A DNA stretch of 64,000 nucleotides from Alphaproteobacteria bacterium (GTDB taxonomy: Bacteria > Pseudomonadota > Alphaproteobacteria > G965222575). The DNA is taken from NCBI GenBank assembly GCA_965222575.1, contig OZ244958.1, positions 544,001 to 608,000 of the forward strand, in the 5' to 3' direction. A model generated the notes under the pieces. It saw only the letters and a program-made list of their open reading frames with translations, did not search any database and was not told the origin of the DNA. Below, one piece after another: positions 60,101 to 64,000 of this stretch (position 1 is the first letter of the stretch; each line of letters opens with the position of its first letter). Both the position numbers and the translations under genes were made by a program.

Positions 60101-60612
60101 AGGTCTAGGATGCTACCGCGTATACTGTATTGTCCCGGGGTAGTGACCACGCCTTTTGATTGGTATCCCCGCTCCTTGAGTGCTTGGGTGAGCTTGCGTA
60201 GAGATAAAGAGAATCCCTTTTTGAGAAAGAGAGGAGGGGGCAAGGGGGGGATATATTCTCCTATATGATAAGGTTCCACCACAAGCAGGTGGGGGGTATC
60301 CTGAGGGGGAGAGTGCTGTAAAATGGCATGGGTAGCGTATGTTTTGCTTAAGTATTCGGGGGAGGACGGTAAATAATCGTACAGGTGTTCGTCTTGGGCG
60401 GGTAAATAGTGTATCTGGCACGGGGGGACGAAGGCTTTAAGAAGAGAAAGGGACTGCTCAAGGGAGAAACAGGACGGGCGGACGAAGAGCAGGCGTTTGT
60501 ATTGGGAGAGGAGGGCTTTGCGTAAGAGCAAAAAGAGTCCGCTTGCAGGTTCTATGAAGACCTCTTTTGGCAAGTCATCACTTAGGGTGTTTGGCAAAAG
60601 AGCGGTTGACAT
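57199..60612 (-). CDS. mfd: Transcription-repair coupling factor
   Basis: RGSILDLF, HGLGQY, DRLLCADTGFGKTEV, IDEEHRFG, QLRGRAGR, IRGAGNLLG; divergent N-terminal half. Confidence 0.95.
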   Translation of the reverse strand: MSTALLPNTLSDDLPKEVFIEPASGLFLLLRKALLSQYKRLLFVRPSCFSLEQSLSLLKAFVPPCQIHYLPAQDEHLYDYLPSSPEYLSKTYATHAILQHSPPQDTPHLLVVEPYHIGEYIPPLPPPLFLKKGFSLSLRKLTQALKERGYQSKGVVTTPGQYSIRGSILDLFPPHQSPVRLDFFDTQLESLHTFCPNTQRRKEAITSLTIPSVMPFSFSQSQDFCHHYRQVFGLKNTDNTLYHALSEGAQPLEALSHWPLFYGATAGAGLQPLYDSWKPDFCLMEANTEASIHTFFKNYQDAFDHHKDKTPPFLPPSYFYAPPERWFQHIPTCLYHTLPVRKKIPSYSFLPTPEFATARSTGTLQNTLNTLAQKKPITIFCAHSSHQKTLHRLLTQKGRPPAIISSLQDPPPPLALLPSSPLPQSLNLRSSLLLSSQDILGIPPPSAATTSSKPSLSLIEAAQTFHQGDYLVHASHGLGQYRGLKPLTIEGREVDCLELAYRDNDRLYVPVQNMDLLYRYSTKESRVSLDKLGSYHFLAKKTKLKKRLLEMASALIKTEAQRLTCQSASCNVSLEESKTFASLCPYPLTTDQKTAIDTILQDLQKPYPMDRLLCADTGFGKTEVALQAAFSVAISGGCVAFLTPTTLLCQQHYNLFVQRLKPFPLHLQKLSRFETPKEQKKTKEDLAKGHLDILISTHSLLSIPCLKRLNLLIIDEEHRFGLEQKEALKGLKKGLNVLSLSATPLPRTLKMAMEGLRELSFLNTPPPKRQFVRTILAREGSPLLEEALNREALRGGQIFYICPKIRHIPSQLTFIKTAAPSLKVKSLHGKMPSQTIETTMEQFQQRKIHALVCTSIVEAGIDIPNMNTVIIHSSHLFGLAQLYQLRGRAGRGDKKGYCYIILPNHPLGKTALARLEALQSAQGLGSSFQLANYDMDIRGAGNLLGTEQWGHIKSIGIQFYQYLLEQALKKMTHNKNLPASPQHNNTIPEELSPTLSLGDLSIPESYIQDIQTRLHLYRSLSMANTQQDLSDIRASMIDRFGPLGQKEERTLHMTSLRIHCKKAAVSHLTQLKNGPIEIIFSHDHLINPKQVLTFIHNHSHLSLINQHKVHYKHSNPLETIGSLLKELGKIQAPQHPP

Positions 60613-60874
60613 AATGTTTGAGAGAGAGTAACAGGAGATTATTTTTCAACGGCGGCTGGTCATCCTTTGAGGGGAGAGAGAGCAGCCAGTTGTATAAAAC
60701 AGGAGAAGGGAGAGAGAGGATATCTTCAAAGTCTTGTAGTTCTGTTTCCTTTAGGGTTTGTAGGTAGGCTTGGGCGAATTGCCCTAGTATGAGGTCTGTT
60801 TCTTTCATGGCGGTGTGATGGGCTCTGTAGAAGAGTCTTTTTCGTCTGAAAAAATCTCGTTTGGTCTTTGACAC
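60578..60874 (-). CDS. sdhE: Succinate dehydrogenase flavinylation factor (Sdh5/SdhE)
   Basis: RKRLFYRAHH.AMKETDLILG.F, LYNW; recG/sdhE/mfd synteny. Confidence 0.88.
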   Translation of the reverse strand: MSKTKRDFFRRKRLFYRAHHTAMKETDLILGQFAQAYLQTLKETELQDFEDILSLPSPVLYNWLLSLPSKDDQPPLKNNLLLLSLKHYVNRSFAKHPK

Positions 60875-60936
60875 TTTTTAGGAGTACACTTTGAAGGAAA
60901 ATGTGTCTTTTCAGGAGGTGATGTATTATAGCATGT

Positions 60937-63021
60937 TTTGAGACCATTCCCAAGACTCTCATAGCAGCGGTAGAAGATAAGCTAGGAGGTTTCTGGCCAG
61001 ATATCTTGTGGCATTTCCCCAAAGAGCATCTGTCACTTTTGCCGACGCCGTCTCTTAAAGAGTGTTCCTTGAGGGACAATGTGACGATTATCGGTCACGT
61101 GATGGCGCATCGTCCGCCGAAAAGAGGGACGAAAGCCCCTTTTGTCATTACGATAGAAACTTCGGAGGCCTGTGTGGATGTGTGCTATTTTCACTATGGG
61201 TTGGAATGGGTGAAAAGGCTTTACCCGTTAGGGGAGAAGAAAACAATTTGCGGTACCCTCACCTGCAGAGGCGATACGATGACCATTGTGCATCCGTCTT
61301 TGGTAAGAGCCTATGAAGAAGGTTCTGTTGTTGAGCCTTATTGCCCTGTTTATCCTGCCTTGAGTAGTTTGTTATCATCGGGGCGCTTAAGGAGTCTTAC
61401 CCGTTATGGACTTACGCTGTTGAAAGAGCATACTCCCCCTCCTTGGTCTCTTGAAGTTTCTGTTGTTGAGCTGTTGGAAAAGATACATTTCCCTAGGACC
61501 AAAGAGAGCCTAGAGCGGCAAAAAGAGTGGCTTCGCCAGTTGGCTTTTTATGAGTTGTTTGTGTATCAGATTGTGATAGCAACTGTGCGGAAGCATCATG
61601 GCAAGCAACAGAAGTCCGCTTCATTGCTTGTGCCCGGAGAAAAGGGAGAAAAGCTTGTGGAAGCCTTGCGAAATATTGTACCTTTTACGCTCACGCAGGC
61701 GCAGGAAAAAGCCTTTTTATCCATTAAGCAAGATATGGTACAGAAGGGGCGCGGGGGTGGGCGTATGCTACATTTATTGCAAGGGGATGTGGGGAGTGGA
61801 AAGACAATTGTTGCCTTGATGGTGACGGTATCTGTTCTTGGCGACGGTCAACAAGTGGCTTTTATGGCGCCTACGGAATTGCTAGCGCGGCAGCATTATA
61901 AGAATCATGTGATGTGGCTGGAGAAACTGGGGATTAGCAGTGTGTGTTTGACGAGCGCTGATAAGGGGAAGAGTCGCAAGCGGATTCTCAACGGGGTAGC
62001 GACGGGAGAACAACAGATTGTTTTTGGGACTCATAGTTTATTGCAAGATACAGTATCGTTTCACCATCTTGCGCTAGCGGTGATAGATGAACAACAAAGG
62101 TTTGGGGTTTATCAGCGGGTAGTCCTTGCGAAGAAAGGGAGAGGGTGTCACGGCTTAGTGATGACAGCGACGCCTATTCCGCGTACCTTAGCACTAGCGA
62201 TTTACGGTGATATTGCTGTTTCTGTGATTGATGAGAAGCCTGCGGATAGGTTAAAGATAGAAACAGCTGTCATGGCGGAGCATAAGCTTGAGGCGTTAGG
62301 GGAGCGGTTGCGGGAGCAGCTGCGTAAAGGGCGGCAGATTTTTTGGGTGTGTCCGAAGATAGAGGAAACAGAGGGGCAGGCCGTTGTTTCTGTTCAGAAA
62401 AGAGGTCTATGGATTCAAGAATTGTTTGGAGAAGAAGCTGTTGTGATGATTCATGGGCGGATTCCTTCTGCTGAGCGGGAAGTTCTTGCACAGCGGTTTG
62501 TGGAGAAGAAAGCCAAGATTTTGTTAGCGACCACAGTGATTGAGGTTGGCATAGATATTCCAACGGCTTCTATTATGGTGGTGGAGAATGCGGAGAGGTT
62601 TGGGTTGTCTCAGTTGCATCAGTTGCGGGGGCGTGTGGGGCGCAATTGCGAGCAGAGTTTTTGTATTTTGCTTTATAAGCCGCCGTTGTCTTCTGTTGCG
62701 TTGGGGCGGTTAGAGACCTTACGGGATAGCCAAGATGGGTTTGAGATTGCGCAACAGGACTTGATGATACGGGGAGCGGGAGAGATTTTAGGGGAGAGGC
62801 AAAGTGGGTTACCGCGTTTTAAGGTTGTTTGCCTTAAGGAGCATGGACATCTTATTCCGCAAGCGGCGCGTCAAGCGCGAAAAGTTTTCTGTCAAGAGTC
62901 CTCTCTTTCTTTTCTTGAGGAGAGGCGTCTTGTGTCTTTAGTAGAACTGTTTGGACAATCTTTGGCTCCCTTTTTAGAGAAAGGACGCTTAAAAGGGGAA
63001 GAATTCTTCAAAGGGGGATAG
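60937..63021 (+). CDS. recG: ATP-dependent DNA helicase RecG (5' end unresolved)
   Basis: LLQGDVGSGKT, IDEQQRFG, MTATPIPRTL, QLRGRVGR; homology extends upstream of the TTG at 61006. Confidence 0.93.
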   Translation, partial: FETIPKTLIAAVEDKLGGFWPDILWHFPKEHLSLLPTPSLKECSLRDNVTIIGHVMAHRPPKRGTKAPFVITIETSEACVDVCYFHYGLEWVKRLYPLGEKKTICGTLTCRGDTMTIVHPSLVRAYEEGSVVEPYCPVYPALSSLLSSGRLRSLTRYGLTLLKEHTPPPWSLEVSVVELLEKIHFPRTKESLERQKEWLRQLAFYELFVYQIVIATVRKHHGKQQKSASLLVPGEKGEKLVEALRNIVPFTLTQAQEKAFLSIKQDMVQKGRGGGRMLHLLQGDVGSGKTIVALMVTVSVLGDGQQVAFMAPTELLARQHYKNHVMWLEKLGISSVCLTSADKGKSRKRILNGVATGEQQIVFGTHSLLQDTVSFHHLALAVIDEQQRFGVYQRVVLAKKGRGCHGLVMTATPIPRTLALAIYGDIAVSVIDEKPADRLKIETAVMAEHKLEALGERLREQLRKGRQIFWVCPKIEETEGQAVVSVQKRGLWIQELFGEEAVVMIHGRIPSAEREVLAQRFVEKKAKILLATTVIEVGIDIPTASIMVVENAERFGLSQLHQLRGRVGRNCEQSFCILLYKPPLSSVALGRLETLRDSQDGFEIAQQDLMIRGAGEILGERQSGLPRFKVVCLKEHGHLIPQAARQARKVFCQESSLSFLEERRLVSLVELFGQSLAPFLEKGRLKGEEFFKGG

Positions 63022-63074
63022 TCAAAGAGGGAGAAAATGAGTAGGCTAAAAGGAGGAAGACGTGCAAGGGTTTC

Positions 63075-64000
63075 ATGAGTGTAACAAAAAAAGATTTTGG
63101 TCATCTGCTCCCTTTTGCGTGCGAGCCCGGTGTGGTGCGGGTTTTACGAAGGCTTCTTGAAGCGGGGCCAGCGCGTCTTGTGGGGGGCTATGTGCGGGAT
63201 TTGTTACTGAAGAGTCCGTCAAAAGATATTGATGTGGCAACCCCTCTTTTGCCGGCGCAAACATTGAAGCTTCTTGAGCCTTTTGGCGGTAAGGGGCAAG
63301 GACGTTCCTTTCGTCATGGCACGGTGTGTGTGTATTGCGGGTCTTGGCAGATACAGGTGACAACGCTCAGAGAGGATATCATTACCCATGGGCGCCATGC
63401 CACGGTCTCTTTTTCCCATGACTGGGAGAAAGATGCTCAACGTCGGGACTTTACGATAAATGCGTTGTACTTATCGTATAATCACCAGATGGTAGGAGAG
63501 GAGATTGTTGATTTTTTTGAGGGACAAGAGGACTTGCGTAAGGGTATCATTCGTTTCATTGGAGACCCTTTTGAGCGTATCAGAGAGGACTATTTAAGGA
63601 TTTTGCGTTTCTTTCGTTTTAGTGCGTATTACGGGCGGGGGCAGCTACAGGAGGAGGGTCTTAGAGCGTGTGCAAAAGCCAAAGAGGGGCTTAATACCTT
63701 ATCTAGGGAACGGGTGACCGCTGAATTTCAACGTCTGTTGATGGCCCCTTATAGCACAGAGATTCTAACAGTGATGAAGGCAACATCTCTTTTGTCTCAT
63801 ATTGCCCCTATTGAGGATTTATCGTTATTTTCTGCTGTGAAGGAGACCTTTGACAAAAACTGGATATTGTATCTGTGTGCTTTGTTTTCCTCTGAAGGGC
63901 GGGGATTGCATTGTCTAGCGTTGTCTGACAAGCAGCAAAAGTTACTAGAGCGTATGGGGAAAGCCTATGAGTTTATTATCTCACTAGGCGGGGTGTTAAC
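63075..64000 (+). CDS. cca: CCA tRNA nucleotidyltransferase (runs off the window)
   Basis: Manual translation gives LVGGYVRD, DIDVAT, HG, TTLR.D, DAQRRDFTINAL, RIREDYLRILRFFRF. Confidence 0.92.
   Translation, partial: MSVTKKDFGHLLPFACEPGVVRVLRRLLEAGPARLVGGYVRDLLLKSPSKDIDVATPLLPAQTLKLLEPFGGKGQGRSFRHGTVCVYCGSWQIQVTTLREDIITHGRHATVSFSHDWEKDAQRRDFTINALYLSYNHQMVGEEIVDFFEGQEDLRKGIIRFIGDPFERIREDYLRILRFFRFSAYYGRGQLQEEGLRACAKAKEGLNTLSRERVTAEFQRLLMAPYSTEILTVMKATSLLSHIAPIEDLSLFSAVKETFDKNWILYLCALFSSEGRGLHCLALSDKQQKLLERMGKAYEFIISLGGVL

Overview
This is a chromosomal window from an alphaproteobacterium, judged by 16S signatures and the ybgF-tilS-ftsH-folP-glmM and mfd-sdhE/recG synteny. It is probably host-associated, since it encodes eight signal-peptide ankyrin proteins and an orphan CesT-type chaperone. 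Core content: hut histidine-utilisation cluster (hutU frameshifted), NSS transporter, nnr, nadK, merT/merP-like pair, fadD, tsaD-murJ, thiD-glmM-folP-ftsH-tilS-ybgF, sufBCDSU-T-A, a stand-alone 16S rRNA gene, ruvB-ybgC-tolQRA, tRNA-Ile/Ala, znuA/zur/znuCB with a perfect Zur box, mfd, sdhE, recG and cca. Main unusual features: (1) a tandem array of six secreted ankyrin-only genes whose PLH motif is encoded about 27 times by the same DNA word CCGCTTCA, with one gene being a chimera joined at that word; (2) a prophage relic reduced to a repressor stub, an intact tail-chaperone -1 frameshift site, and duplicated cassettes of a tape-measure 5' stub carrying a promoter plus an antisense membrane gene, a candidate domesticated exclusion array; (3) three long tandem-repeat arrays (about 70, 81 and 83 bp units), one built from the folP start codon; (4) G/C strand skew that flips every few kb, even inside genes; (5) a split rRNA operon. 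All calls come from manual reading and no searches were run. Parts of the repeat arrays look like noisy consensus.
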